DNA of 63,730 nucleotides. It comes from Euprymna scolopes (taxonomy: Eukaryota). Location of the stretch: NCBI GenBank assembly GCA_053919585.1, contig CM132814.1, one strand, 5' to 3'. Numbering within the stretch: position 1 is the first letter of the stretch; every line of letters starts with the position of its first letter. Positions 11,001 through 26,000 of this stretch are shown here, piece after piece. Below the pieces are notes generated by a model. It was not told the DNA's origin and made no database searches. It saw only the letters and a list, made by a program, of their open reading frames with translations. Position numbers and translations under genes: made by a program.

Positions 11001-14000
11001 CATAACGAAGCATCCCTCAGGTTCATAACGAAGCATCTCTCAGGTTCATAACGAAGCATCCCTCAGGTTCATAACGAAGCATCTCTCAGGTTCATAACGA
11101 AGCATGCCTCAGGTTCATAACGAAGCATGCCTCAGGTTCATAACGAAGCATGCTCTCAGGTTCATAACGAAGCATCTCTCAGGTTCATAACGAAGCATCC
11201 CTCAGGTTCATAACGAAGCATCTCTCAGGTTCATAACGAAGCATCTCTCAGGTTCATAACGAAGCATGCTCTCAGGTTCATAACGAAGCATCCCTCAGGT
11301 TCATAACGAAGCATTCCTCAGGTTCATAACGAAGCATCTCTCAGGTTCATAACGAAGCATGCCTCAGGTTCATAACGAAGCATGCTCTCAGGTTCATAAC
11401 GAAGCATGCCTCAGGTTCATAACGAAGCATCCCTCAGGTTCATAACGAAGCATTCCTCAGGTTCATAACGAAGCATGCTCTCAGGTTCATAACGAAGCAT
11501 CCCTCAGGTTCATAACGAAGCATGCCCTCAGGTTCATAACGAAGCATCTCTCAGGTTCATAACGAAGCATGCTCTCAGGTTCATAACGAAGCATGCCTCA
11601 GGTTCATAACGAAGCATGCCTCAGGTTCATAACGAAGCATCTCTCAGGTTCATAACGAAGCATGCCTCAGGTTCATAACGAAGCATGCCTCAGGTTCATA
11701 ACGAAGCATCCCTCACGGTTCATAACGAAGCATCCTCTCAGGTTCATAACGAAGCATGCCTCAGGTTCATAACGAAGCATGCCTCAGGTTCATAACGAAG
11801 CATCTCTCAGGTTCATAACGAAGCATCTCTCAGGTTCATAACGAAGCATCTCTCCAGGTTCATAACGAAGCATCTCTCAGGTTCATAACGAAGCATGCCT
11901 CAGGTTCATAACGAAGCATCTCTCAGGTTCATAACGAAGCATCCCTCAGGTTCATAACGAAGGCATCTCTCAGGTTCNNNNNNNNNNNNNNNNNNNNNNN
12001 NNNNNNNNNNNNNNNNNNNNNNNNNNNNNNNNNNNNNNNNNNNNNNNNNNNNNNNNNNNNNNNNNNNNNNNNNNNNNCTCAGGTTCATAACGAAGCATCT
12101 CTCAGGTTCATAACGAAGCATCTCTCAGGTTCATAACGAAGCATCTCTCAGGTTCATAACGAAGCATCTCTCAGGTTCATAACGAAGCATCCCTCAGGTT
12201 CATAACGAAGCATCTCTCAGGTTCATAACGAAGCATCTCTCAGGTTCATAACGAAGCATCTCTCAGGTTCATAACGAAGCATCTCTCAGGTTCATAACGA
12301 AGCATCCCTCAGGTTCATAACGAAGCATCCCTTAGGTTCATAACGAAGCATCCCTCAGGTTCATAACGAAGCATCTCTCAGGTTCATAACGAAGCATCCC
12401 TCAGGTTCATAACGAAGCATCCCTCAGGTTCATAACGAAGCATCTCTCAGGTTCATAACGAAGCATCTCTCAGGTTCATAACGAAGCATCCCTCAGGTTC
12501 ATAACGAAGCATCCCTTAGGTTCATAACGAAGCATCTCTCAGGTTCATAACGAAGCATCCCTCAGGTTCATAACGAAGCATCCCTCAGGTTCATAACGAA
12601 GCATCCCTTAGGTTCATAACGAAGCATCTCTCAGGTTCATAACGAAGCATCCCTCAGGTTCATAACGAAGCATCTCTCAGGTTCATAACGAAGCATCTCT
12701 CAGGTTCATAACGAAGCATGCCTCAGGTTCATAACGAAGCATCTCTCAGGTTCATAACGAAGCATCCCTCAGGTTCATAACGAAGCATGCCTCAGGTTCA
12801 TAACGAAGCATCCCTCAGGTTCATAACGAAGCATCTCTCAGGTTCATAACGAAGCATCCCTCAGGTTCATAACGAAGCATCCCTCAGGTTCATAACGAAG
12901 CATCTCTCAGGTTCATAACGAAGCATCCCTCAGGTTCATAACGAAGCATCTCTCAGGTTCATAACGAAGCATCTCTCAGGTTCATAACGAAGCATCCCTC
13001 AGGTTCATAACGAAGCATCTCTCAGGTTCATAACGAAGCATCTCTCAGGTTCATAACGAAGCATCTCTCAGGTTCATAACGAAGCATCTCTCAGGTTCAT
13101 AACGAAGCATCCCTCAGGTTCATAACGAAGCATCTCTCAGGTTCATAACGAAGCATCTCTCAGGTTCATAACGAAGCATCTCTCAGGTTCATAACGAAGC
13201 ATCCCTCAGGTTCATAACGAAGCATCCCTCAGGTTCATAACGAAGCATCCCTTAGGTTCATAACGAAGCATCTCTCAGGTTCATAACGAAGCATCCCTCA
13301 GGTTCATAACGAAGCATCTCTCAGGTTCATAACGAAGCATCTCTCAGGTTCATAACGAAGCATGCCTCAGGTTCATAACGAAGCATCTCTCAGGTTCATA
13401 ACGAAGCATCCCTCAGGTTCATAACGAAGCATGCCTCAGGTTCATAACGAAGCATCCCTCAGGTTCATAACGAAGCATCTCTCAGGTTCATAACGAAGCA
13501 TCCCTCAGGTTCATAACGAAGCATCCCTCAGGTTCATAACGAAGCATCTCTCAGGTTCATAACGAAGCATCCCTCAGGTTCATAACGAAGCATCTCTCAG
13601 GTTCATAACGAAGCATCTCTCAGGTTCATAACGAAGCATCCCTCAGGTTCATAACGAAGCATCTCTCAGGTTCATAACGAAGCATCTCTCAGGTTCATAA
13701 CGAAGCATCTCTCAGGTTCATAACGAAGCATCTCTCAGGTTCATAACGAAGCATCCCTTTACAAGCATCCCTCAGTTCATAACGAAGCATGCCTCAGGTT
13801 CATAACGAAGCATCCCTCAGGTTCATAACGAAGCATCCCTCAGGTTCATAACGAAGCATCTCTCAGGTTCATAACGAAGCATCTCTCAGGTTCATAACGA
13901 AGCATCCCTCAGGTTCATAACGAAGCATCCTCAGGTTCATAACGAAGCATCCCTCAGGTTCATAACGAAGCATCCCTTAGGTTCATAACGAAGCATCTCT

Positions 14001-17000
14001 CAGGTTCATAACGAAGCATCCCTCAGGTTCATAACGAAGCATCCCTCAGGTTCATAACGAAGCATCCCTCAGGTTCATAACGAAGCATGCCTCAGGTTCA
14101 TAACGAAGCATCCCTCAGGTTCATAACGAAGCATCCCTTAGGTTCATAACGAAGCATCCCTCAGGTTCATAACGAAGCATGCCTCAGGTTCATAACGAAG
14201 CATCCCTCAGGTTCATAACGAAGCATCCCTTAGGTTCATAACGAAGCATCCCTCAGGTTCATAACGAAGCATGCCTCAGGTTCATAACGAAGCATCCCTC
14301 AGGTTCATAACGAAGCATCCCTCAGGTTCATAACGAAGCATCCCTCAGGTTCATAACGAAGCATCCCTTAGGTTCATAACGAAGCATCTCTCAGGTTCAT
14401 AACGAAGCATCCCTCAGGTTCATAACGAAGCATCTCTCAGGTTCATAACGAAGCATCCCTCAGGTTCATAACGAAGCATCTCTCAGGTTCATAACGAAGC
14501 ATCTCTCAGGTTCATAACGAAGCATCCCTCAGGTTCATAACGAAGCATCCCTCAGGTTCATAACGAAGCATCCCTCAGGTTCATAACGAAGCATCTCTCA
14601 GGTTCATAACGAAGCATCTCTCAGGTTCATAACGAAGCATCCTCAGGTTCATAACGAAGCATCCCTCAGGTTCATAACGAAGCATCTCTCAGGTTCATAA
14701 CGAAGCATCCCTCAGGTTCATAACGAAGCATCCCTCAGGTTCATAACGAAGCATCCCTCAGGTTCATAACGAAGCATCTCTCAGGTTCATAACGAAGCAT
14801 CTCTCAGGTTCATAACGAAGCATCCCTCAGGTTCATAACGAAGCATCCCTCAGGTTCATAACGAAGCATCCCTCAGGTTCATAACGAAGCATCTCTCAGG
14901 TTCATAACGAAGCATCTCTCAGGTTCATAACGAAGCATCCCTCAGGTTCATAACGAAGCATCCCTTAGGTTCATAACGAAGCATCTCTCAGGTTCATAAC
15001 GAAGCATCCCTCAGGTTCATAACGAAGCATCCCTCAGGTTCATAACGAAGCATCCCTCAGGTTCATAACGAAGCATCTCTCAGGTTCATAACGAAGCATC
15101 TCTCAGGTTCATAACGAAGCATCCCTCAGGTTCATAACGAAGCATCCCTCAGGTTCATAACGAAGCATCCCTCAGGTTCATAACGAAGCATCTCTCAGGT
15201 TCATAACGAAGCATCTCTCAGGTTCATAACGAAGCATCCCTCAGGTTCATAACGAAGCATCTCTCAGGTTCATAACGAAGCATCCCTCAGGTTCATAACG
15301 AAGCATCTCTCAGGTTCATAACGAAGCATCTCTCAGGTTCATAACGAAGCATCTCTCAGGTTCATAACGAAGCATGCCTCAGGTTCATAACGAAGCATCC
15401 CTCAGGTTCATAACGAAGCATCTCTCAGGTTCATAACGAAGCATCTCTCAGGTTCATAACGAAGCATCCCTCAGGTTCATAACGAAGCATCTCTCAGGTT
15501 CATAACGAAGCATCTCTCAGGTTCATAACGAAGCATCCCTCAGGTTCATAACGAAGCATCCCTCAGGTTCATAACGAAGCATCTCTCAGGTTCATAACGA
15601 AGCATCTCTCAGGTTCATAACGAAGCATCCCTCAGGTTCATAACGAAGCATCCCTCAGGTTCATAACGAAGCATCTCTCAGGTTCATAACGAAGCATCTC
15701 TCAGGTTCATAACGAAGCATCCCTCAGGTTCATAACGAAGCATCCCTCAGGTTCATAACGAAGCATCCCTTAGGTTCATAACGAAGCATCTCTCAGGTTC
15801 ATAACGAAGCATCCCTCAGGTTCATAACGAAGCATCTCTCAGGTTCATAACGAAGCATCTCTCAGGTTCATAACGAAGCATCTCTCAGGTTCATAACGAA
15901 GCATCCCTCAGGTTCATAACGAAGCATCCCTCAGGTTCATAACGAAGCATCTCTCAGGTTCATAACGAAGCATCTCTCAGGTTCATAACGAAGCATCTCT
16001 CAGGTTCATAACGAAGCATCCCTCAGGTTCATAACGAAGCATCCCTCAGGTTCATAACGAAGCATCCCTTAGGTTCATAACGAAGCATCTCTCAGGTTCA
16101 TAACGAAGCATCCCTCAGGTTCATAACGAAGCATCTCTCAGGTTCATAACGAAGCATCTCTCAGGTTCATAACGAAGCATCTCTCAGGTTCATAACGAAG
16201 CATCCCTCAGGTTCATAACGAAGCATCCCTCAGGTTCATAACGAAGCATCCCTTAGGTTCATAACGAAGCATCTCTCAGGTTCATAACGAAGCATCCCTC
16301 AGGTTCATAACGAAGCATCTCTCAGGTTCATAACGAAGCATCTCTCAGGTTCATAACGAAGCATCCCTCAGGTTCATAACGAAGCATCCCTCAGGTTCAT
16401 AACGAAGCATCCCTCAGGTTCATAACGAAGCATCTCTCAGGTTCATAACGAAGCATCTCTCAGGTTCATAACGAAGCATCTCTCAGGTTCATAACGAAGC
16501 ATCTCTCAGGTTCATAACGAAGCATCCCTCAGGTTCATAACGAAGCATCTCTCAGGTTCATAACGAAGCATCTCTCAGGTTCATAACGAAGCATCTCTCA
16601 GGTTCATAACGAAGCATCCCTCAGGTTCATAACGAAGCATCCCTCAGGTTCATAACGAAGCATCCCTTAGGTTCATAACGAAGCATCTCTCAGGTTCATA
16701 ACGAAGCATCCCTCAGGTTCATAACGAAGCATCTCTCAGGTTCATAACGAAGCATCTCTCAGGTTCATAACGAAGCATCCCTCAGGTTCATAACGAAGCA
16801 TCCCTCAGGTTCATAACGAAGCATCCCTCAGGTTCATAACGAAGCATCTCTCAGGTTCATAACGAAGCATCTCTCAGGTTCATAACGAAGCATCTCTCAG
16901 GTTCATAACGAAGCATCCCTCAGGTTCATAACGAAGCATCTCTCAGGTTCATAACGAAGCATCTCTCAGGTTCATAACGAAGCATGCCTCAGGTTCATAA

Positions 17001-20000
17001 CGAAGCATCTCTCAGGTTCATAACGAAGCATGCCTCAGGTTCATAACGAAGCATCCCTTAGGTTCATAACGAAGCATCCCTTAGGTTCATAACGAAGCAT
17101 CTCTCAGGTTCATAACGAAGCATCTCTCAGGTTCATAACGAAGCATCCCTCAGGTTCATAACGAAGCATCTCTCAGGTTCATAACGAAGCATCTCTCAGG
17201 TTCATAACGAAGCATGCCTCAGGTTCATAACGAAGCATCTCTCAGGTTCATAACGAAGCATGCCTCAGGTTCATAACGAAGCATCCCTTAGGTTCATAAC
17301 GAAGCATCCCTTAGGTTCATAACGAAGCATCTCTCAGGTTCATAACGAAGCATCTCTCAGGTTCATAACGAAGCATCCCTCAGGTTCATAACGAAGCATC
17401 TCTCAGGTTCATAACGAAGCATCTCTCAGGTTCATAACGAAGCATCTCTCAGGTTCATAACGAAGCATCCCTCAGGTTCATAACGAAGCATCTCTCAGGT
17501 TCATAACGAAGCATCTCTCAGGTTCATAACGAAGCATCTCTCAGGTTCATAACGAAGCATCCCTCAGGTTCATAACGAAGCATCTCTCAGGTTCATAACG
17601 AAGCATCCCTTAGGTTCATAACGAAGCATCTCTCAGGTTCATAACGAAGCATCTCTCAGGTTCATAACGAAGCATCTCTCAGGTTCATAACGAAGCATCC
17701 CTCAGGTTCATAACGAAGCATCTCTCAGGTTCATAACGAAGCATCCCTTAGGTTCATAACGAAGCATCTCTCAGGTTCATAACGAAGCATCTCTCAGGTT
17801 CATAACGAAGCATCTCTCAGGTTCATAACGAAGCATGCCTCAGGTTCATAACGAAGCATCTCTCAGGTTCATAACGAAGCATCCCTCAGGTTCATAACGA
17901 AGCATCTCTCAGGTTCATAACGAAGCATCCCTCAGGTTCATAACGAAGCATCTCTCAGGTTCATAACGAAGCATCTCTCAGGTTCATAACGAAGCATCTC
18001 TCAGGTTCATAACGAAGCATGCCTCAGGTTCATAACGAAGCATCCCTCAGGTTCATAACGAAGCATCTCTCAGGTTCATAACGAAGCATCTCTCAGGTTC
18101 ATAACGAAGCATGCCTCAGGTTCATAACGAAGCATCTCTCAGGTTCATAACGAAGCATCTCTCAGGTTCATAACGAAGCATCTCTCAGGTTCATAACGAA
18201 GCATCCCTCAGGTTCATAACGAAGCATCTCTCAGGTTCATAACGAAGCATCCCTTAGGTTCATAACGAAGCATCTCTCAGGTTCATAACGAAGCATCTCT
18301 CAGGTTCATAACGAAGCATCTCTCAGGTTCATAACGAAGCATCCCTCAGGTTCATAACGAAGCATCTCTCAGGTTCATAACGAAGCATCCCTTAGGTTCA
18401 TAACGAAGCATCTCTCAGGTTCATAACGAAGCATCTCTCAGGTTCATAACGAAGCATCCCTCAGGTTCATAACGAAGCATCTCTCAGGTTCATAACGAAG
18501 CATCTCTCAGGTTCATAACGAAGCATCCCTCAGGTTCATAACGAAGCATCTCTCAGGTTCATAACGAAGCATCTCTCAGGTTCATAACGAAGCATCTCTC
18601 AGGTTCATAACGAAGCATGCCTCAGGTTCATAACGAAGCATCTCTCAGGTTCATAACGAAGCATGCCTCAGGTTCATAACGAAGCATCCCTTAGGTTCAT
18701 AACGAAGCATCCCTTAGGTTCATAACGAAGCATCCCTTAGGTTCATAACGAAGCATCTCTCAGGTTCATAACGAAGCATCTCTCAGGTTCATAACGAAGC
18801 ATCCCTCAGGTTCATAACGAAGCATCTCTCAGGTTCATAACGAAGCATCTCTCAGGTTCATAACGAAGCATCTCTCAGGTTCATAACGAAGCATCCCTCA
18901 GGTTCATAACGAAGCATCTCTCAGGTTCATAACGAAGCATCTCTCAGGTTCATAACGAAGCATGCCTCAGGTTCATAACGAAGCATCTCTCAGGTTCATA
19001 ACGAAGCATGCCTCAGGTTCATAACGAAGCATCCCTTAGGTTCATAACGAAGCATCCCTTAGGTTCATAACGAAGCATCCCTTAGGTTCATAACGAAGCA
19101 TCTCTCAGGTTCATAACGAAGCATCCCTCAGGTTCATAACGAAGCATCTCTCAGGTTCATAACGAAGCATCTCTCAGGTTCATAACGAAGCATGCCTCAG
19201 GTTCATAACGAAGCATCTCTCAGGTTCATAACGAAGCATGCCTCAGGTTCATAACGAAGCATCCCTTAGGTTCATAACGAAGCATCCCTTAGGTTCATAA
19301 CGAAGCATCTCTCAGGTTCATAACGAAGCATCTCTCAGGTTCATAACGAAGCATCCCTCAGGTTCATAACGAAGCATCTCTCAGGTTCATAACGAAGCAT
19401 CTCTCAGGTTCATAACGAAGCATGCCTCAGGTTCATAACGAAGCATCTCTCAGGTTCATAACGAAGCATGCCTCAGGTTCATAACGAAGCATCCCTTAGG
19501 TTCATAACGAAGCATCCCTTAGGTTCATAACGAAGCATCTCTCAGGTTCATAACGAAGCATCTCTCAGGTTCATAACGAAGCATCCCTCAGGTTCATAAC
19601 GAAGCATCTCTCAGGTTCATAACGAAGCATCTCTCAGGTTCATAACGAAGCATGCCTCAGGTTCATAACGAAGCATCTCTCAGGTTCATAACGAAGCATG
19701 CCTCAGGTTCATAACGAAGCATCCCTTAGGTTCATAACGAAGCATCCCTTAGGTTCATAACGAAGCATCTCTCAGGTTCATAACGAAGCATCTCTCAGGT
19801 TCATAACGAAGCATCCCTCAGGTTCATAACGAAGCATCTCTCAGGTTCATAACGAAGCATCCCTCAGGTTCATAACGAAGCATCCCTTAGGTTCATAACG
19901 AAGCATCTCTCAGGTTCATAACGAAGCATCCCTCAGGTTCATAACGAAGCATCTCTCAGGTTCATAACGAAGCATCTCTCAGGTTCATAACGAAGCATCC

Positions 20001-23000
20001 CTCAGGTTCATAACGAAGCATCTCTCAGGTTCATAACGAAGCATCCCTCAGGTTCATAACGAAGCATCTCTCAGGTTCATAACGAAGCATCTCTCAGGTT
20101 CATAACGAAGCATCTCTCAGGTTCATAACGAAGCATCCCTCAGGTTCATAACGAAGCATCCCTTAGGTTCATAACGAAGCATCTCTCAGGTTCATAACGA
20201 AGCATCCCTCAGGTTCATAACGAAGCATCTCTCAGGTTCATAACGAAGCATCTCTCAGGTTCATAACGAAGCATGCCTCAGGTTCATAACGAAGCATCTC
20301 TCAGGTTCATAACGAAGCATCCCTTAGGTTCATAACGAAGCATGCCTCAGGTTCATAACGAAGCATGCCTCAGGTTCATAACGAAGCATCTCTCAGGTTC
20401 ATAACGAAGCATCTCTCAGGTTCATAACGAAGCATCTCTCAGGTTCATAACGAAGCATCCCTCAGGTTCATAACGAAGCATCCCTCAGGTTCATAACGAA
20501 GCATCTCTCAGGTTCATAACGAAGCATCTCTCAGGTTCATAACGAAGCATCTCTCAGGTTCATAACGAAGCATCTCTCAGGTTCATAACGAAGCATCTCT
20601 CAGGTTCATAACGAAGCATCTCTCAGGTTCATAACGAAGCATCTCTCAGGTTCATAACGAAGCATCTCTCAGGTTCATAACGAAGCATCTCTCAGGTTCA
20701 TAACGAAGCATCCCTCAGGTTCATAACGAAGCATCCCTCAGGTTCATAACGAAGCATCCCTCAGGTTCATAACGAAGCATCTCTCAGGTTCATAACGAAG
20801 CATCTCTCAGGTTCATAACGAAGCATCTCTCAGGTTCATAACGAAGCATCTCTCAGGTTCATAACGAAGCATCCCTCAGGTTCATAACGAAGCATCCCTC
20901 AGGTTCATAACGAAGCATCCCTTAGGTTCATAACGAAGCATCTCTCAGGTTCATAACGAAGCATCCCTCAGGTTCATAACGAAGCATCTCTCAGGTTCAT
21001 AACGAAGCATCCCTCAGGTTCATAACGAAGCATCCCTTAGGTTCATAACGAAGCATCTCTCAGGTTCATAACGAAGCATCCCTCAGGTTCATAACGAAGC
21101 ATCTCTCAGGTTCATAACGAAGCATCCCTCAGGTTCATAACGAAGCATCTCTCAGGTTCATAACGAAGCATCCCTCAGGTTCATAACGAAGCATCCCTTA
21201 GGTTCATAACGAAGCATCTCTCAGGTTCATAACGAAGCATCCCTCAGGTTCATAACGAAGCATCCCTCAGGTTCATAACGAAGCATCTCTCAGGTTCATA
21301 ACGAAGCATCCCTCAGGTTCATAACGAAGCATCCCTTAGGTTCATAACGAAGCATCCCTCAGGTTCATAACGAAGCATCTCTCAGGTTCATAACGAAGCA
21401 TGCCTCAGGTTCATAACGAAGCATCTCTCAGGTTCATAACGAAGCATCCCTTAGGTTCATAACGAAGCATGCCTCAGGTTCATAACGAAGCATGCCTCAG
21501 GTTCATAACGAAGCATCTCTCAGGTTCATAACGAAGCATCCCTTAGGTTCATAACGAAGCATCCCTCAGGTTCATAACGAAGCATCTCTCAGGTTCATAA
21601 CGAAGCATCTCTCAGGTTCATAACGAAGCATCTCTCAGGTTCATAACGAAGCATCTCTCAGGTTCATAACGAAGCATCCCTCAGGTTCATAACGAAGCAT
21701 CCCTCAGGTTCATAACGAAGCATCCCTTAGGTTCATAACGAAGCATCTCTCAGGTTCATAACGAAGCATGCCTCAGGTTCATAACGAAGCATCCCTCAGG
21801 TTCATAACGAAGCATCTCTCAGGTTCATAACGAAGCATCCCTCAGGTTCATAACGAAGCATCCCTTAGGTTCATAACGAAGCATCTCTCAGGTTCATAAC
21901 GAAGCATCCCTCAGGTTCATAACGAAGCATGTCTCAGGTTCATAACGAAGCATCCCTCAGGTTCATAACGAAGCATCCCTCAGGTTCATAACGAAGCATC
22001 TCTCAGGTTCATAACGAAGCATCCCTCAGGTTCATAACGAAGCATCCCTCAGGTTCATAACGAAGCATCCCTCAGGTTCATAACGAAGCATCCCTCAGGT
22101 TCATAACGAAGCATCCCTCAGGTTCATAACGAAGCATCCCTCAGGTTCATAACGAAGCATGTCTCAGGTTCATAACGAAGCATCCCTCAGGTTCATAACG
22201 AAGCATCCCTCAGGTTCATAACGAAGCATCTCTCAGGTTCATAACGAAGCATCCCTCAGGTTCATAACGAAGCATCTCTCAGGTTCATAACGAAGCATCC
22301 CTCAGGTTCATAACGAAGCATCTCTCAGGTTCATAACGAAGCATCCCTCAGGTTCATAACGAAGCATCCCTCAGGTTCATAACGAAGCATCCCTCAGGTT
22401 CATAACGAAGCATCCCTCAGGTTCATAACGAAGCATCTCTCAGGTTCATAACGAAGCATCCCTCAGGTTCATAACGAAGCATGCCTCAGGTTCATAACGA
22501 AGCATGCCTCAGGTTCATAACGAAGCATCTCTCAGGTTCATAACGAAGCATCCCTCAGGTTCATAACGAAGCATCTCTCAGGTTCATAACGAAGCATCCC
22601 TCAGGTTCATAACGAAGCATCTCTCAGGTTCATAACGAAGCATCCCTCAGGTTCATAACGAAGCATGCCTCAGGTTCATAACGAAGCATGCCTCAGGTTC
22701 ATAACGAAGCATCTCTCAGGTTCATAACGAAGCATCCCTCAGGTTCATAACGAAGCATCTCTCAGGTTCATAACGAAGCATCCCTCAGGTTCATAACGAA
22801 GCATCTCTCAGGTTCATAACGAAGCATCCCTCAGGTTCATAACGAAGCATCCCTCAGGTTCATAACGAAGCATCCCTCAGGTTCATAACGAAGCATCCCT
22901 CAGGTTCATAACGAAGCATCTCTCAGGTTCATAACGAAGCATCCCTCAGGTTCATAACGAAGCATGCCTCAGGTTCATAACGAAGCATGCCTCAGGTTCA

Positions 23001-26000
23001 TAACGAAGCATCTCTCAGGTTCATAACGAAGCATCCCTCAGGTTCATAACGAAGCATCTCTCAGGTTCATAACGAAGCATCCCTCAGGTTCATAACGAAG
23101 CATCTCTCAGGTTCATAACGAAGCATCCCTCAGGTTCATAACGAAGCATCCCTTAGGTTCATAACGAAGCATCTCTCAGGTTCATAACGAAGCATCCCTC
23201 AGGTTCATAACGAAGCATCCCTCAGGTTCATAACGAAGCATCCCTCAGGTTCATAACAAAGCATCCCTCAGGTTCATAACGAAGCATCTCTCAGGTTCAT
23301 AACGAAGCATCTCTCAGGTTCATAACGAAGCATCCCTCAGGTTCATAACGAAGCATCCCTTAGGTTCATAACGAAGCATCTCTCAGGTTCATAACGAAGC
23401 ATCCCTCAGGTTCATAACGAAGCATCCCTCAGGTTCATAACGAAGCATCTCTCAGGTTCATAACGAAGCATCTCTCAGGTTCATAACGAAGCATCTCTCA
23501 GGTTCATAACGAAGCATCTCTCAGGTTCATAACGAAGCATCTCTCAGGTTCATAACGAAGCATCTCTCAGGTTCATAACGAAGCATGCCTCAGGTTCATA
23601 ACGAAGCATCTCTCAGGTTCATAACGAAGCATCCCTCAGGTTCATAACGAAGCATCTCTCAGGTTCATAACGAAGCATCTCTCAGGTTCATAACGAAGCA
23701 TGCCTCAGGTTCATAACGAAGCATCTCTCAGGTTCATAACGAAGCATCTCTCAGGTTCATAACGAAGCATCTCTCAGGTTCATAACGAAGCATCCCTTAG
23801 GTTCATAACGAAGCATCTCTCAGGTTCATAACGAAGCATCCCTCAGGTTCATAACGAAGCATGCCTCAGGTTCATAACGAAGCATCCCTCAGGTTCATAA
23901 CGAAGCATCTCTCAGGTTCATAACGAAGCATCCCTCAGGTTCATAACGAAGCATCCCTCAGGTTCATAACGAAGCATCTCTCAGGTTCATAACGAAGCAT
24001 CTCTCAGGTTCATAACGAAGCATCCCTTAGGTTCATAACGAAGCATCCCTCAGGTTCATAACGAAGCATCCCTTAGGTTCATAACGAAGCATGCCTCAGG
24101 TTCATAACGAAGCATCTCTCAGGTTCATAACGAAGCATCTCTCAGGTTCATAACGAAGCATCCCTTAGGTTCATAACGAAGCATCTCTCAGGTTCATAAC
24201 GAAGCATCCCTCAGGTTCATAACGAAGCATGCCTCAGGTTCATAACGAAGCATCCCTCAGGTTCATAACGAAGCATCTCTCAGGTTCATAACGAAGCATC
24301 CCTCAGGTTCATAACGAAGCATCCCTCAGGTTCATAACGAAGCATCTCTCAGGTTCATAACGAAGCATCTCTCAGGTTCATAACGAAGCATCCCTTAGGT
24401 TCATAACGAAGCATCCCTCAGGTTCATAACGAAGCATCCCTTAGGTTCATAACGAAGCATCTCTCAGGTTCATAACGAAGCATCCCTTAGGTTCATAACG
24501 AAGCATCTCTCAGGTTCATAACGAAGCATCTCTCAGGTTCATAACGAAGCATCTCTCAGGTTCATAACGAAGCATCCCTTAGGTTCATAACGAAGCATCT
24601 CTCAGGTTCATAACGAAGCATCCCTCAGGTTCATAACGAAGCATCTCTCAGGTTCATAACGAAGCATCTCTCAGGTTCATAACGAAGCATCCCTTAGGTT
24701 CATAACGAAGCATCTCTCAGGTTCATAACGAAGCATCCCTCAGGTTCATAACGAAGCATCTCTCAGGTTCATAACGAAGCATCCCTCAGGTTCATAACGA
24801 AGCATCTCTCAGGTTCATAACGAAGCATCTCTCAGGTTCATAACGAAGCATCCCTCAGGTTCATAACGAAGCATCCCTCAGGTTCATAACGAAGCATCCC
24901 TTAGGTTCATAACGAAGCATCTCTCAGGTTCATAACGAAGCATCCCTCAGGTTCATAACGAAGCATCTCTCAGGTTCATAACGAAGCATCCCTCAGGTTC
25001 ATAACGAAGCATCCCTTAGGTTCATAACGAAGCATCTCTCAGGTTCATAACGAAGCATCCCTCAGGTTCATAACGAAGCATCTCTCAGGTTCATAACGAA
25101 GCATCCCTCAGGTTCATAACGAAGCATCCCTTAGGTTCATAACGAAGCATCTCTCAGGTTCATAACGAAGCATCCCTCAGGTTCATAACGAAGCATCCCT
25201 TAGGTTCATAACGAAGCATCTCTCAGGTTCATAACGAAGCATCCCTCAGGTTCATAACGAAGCATCCCTCAGGTTCATAACGAAGCATCCCTCAGGTTCA
25301 TAACGAAGCATCTCTCAGGTTCATAACGAAGCATCCCTCAGGTTCATAACGAAGCATCCCTCAGGTTCATAACGAAGCATCTCTCAGGTTCATAACGAAG
25401 CATCTCTCAGGTTCATAACGAAGCATCTCTCAGGTTCATAACGAAGCATCCCTCAGGTTCATAACGAAGCATCTCTCAGGTTCATAACGAAGCATCTCTC
25501 AGGTTCATAACGAAGCATCCCTCAGGTTCATAACGAAGCATCTCTCAGGTTCATAACGAAGCATCCCTCAGGTTCATAACGAAGCATCCCTCAGGTTCAT
25601 AACGAAGCATCCCTCAGGTTCATAACGAAGCATCTCTCAGGTTCATAACGAAGCATCTCTCAGGTTCATAACGAAGCATCTCTCAGGTTCATAACGAAGC
25701 ATCTCTCAGGTTCATAACGAAGCATCTCTCAGGTTCATAACGAAGCATCTCTCAGGTTCATAACGAAGCATGCCTCAGGTTCATAACGAAGCATCTCTCA
25801 GGTTCATAACGAAGCATCCCTCAGGTTCATAACGAAGCATCTCTCAGGTTCATAACGAAGCATCTCTCAGGTTCATAACGAAGCATGCCTCAGGTTCATA
25901 ACGAAGCATCTCTCAGGTTCATAACGAAGCATCTCTCAGGTTCATAACGAAGCATCCCTCAGGTTCATAACGAAGCATCCCTCAGGTTCATAACGAAGCA

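Noticed and set aside
9781-11977. 24-bp 'GCTCTC/GCCCTC' monomers and other 1-bp insertions as a new variant class
   Set aside because: They are unions of two alternative alleles and increase towards the contig end at the gap, typical of low-coverage consensus error; raw reads are needed
11906-12121. 71-aa ORF in the ORF track
   Set aside because: Open only because of the N gap and an indel
13751-14645. Broken monomer at 13757-13775 and 1-bp deletions at ~13930 and ~14641
   Set aside because: Isolated, near the gap-side contig end, with no foreign sequence; likely sequencing error
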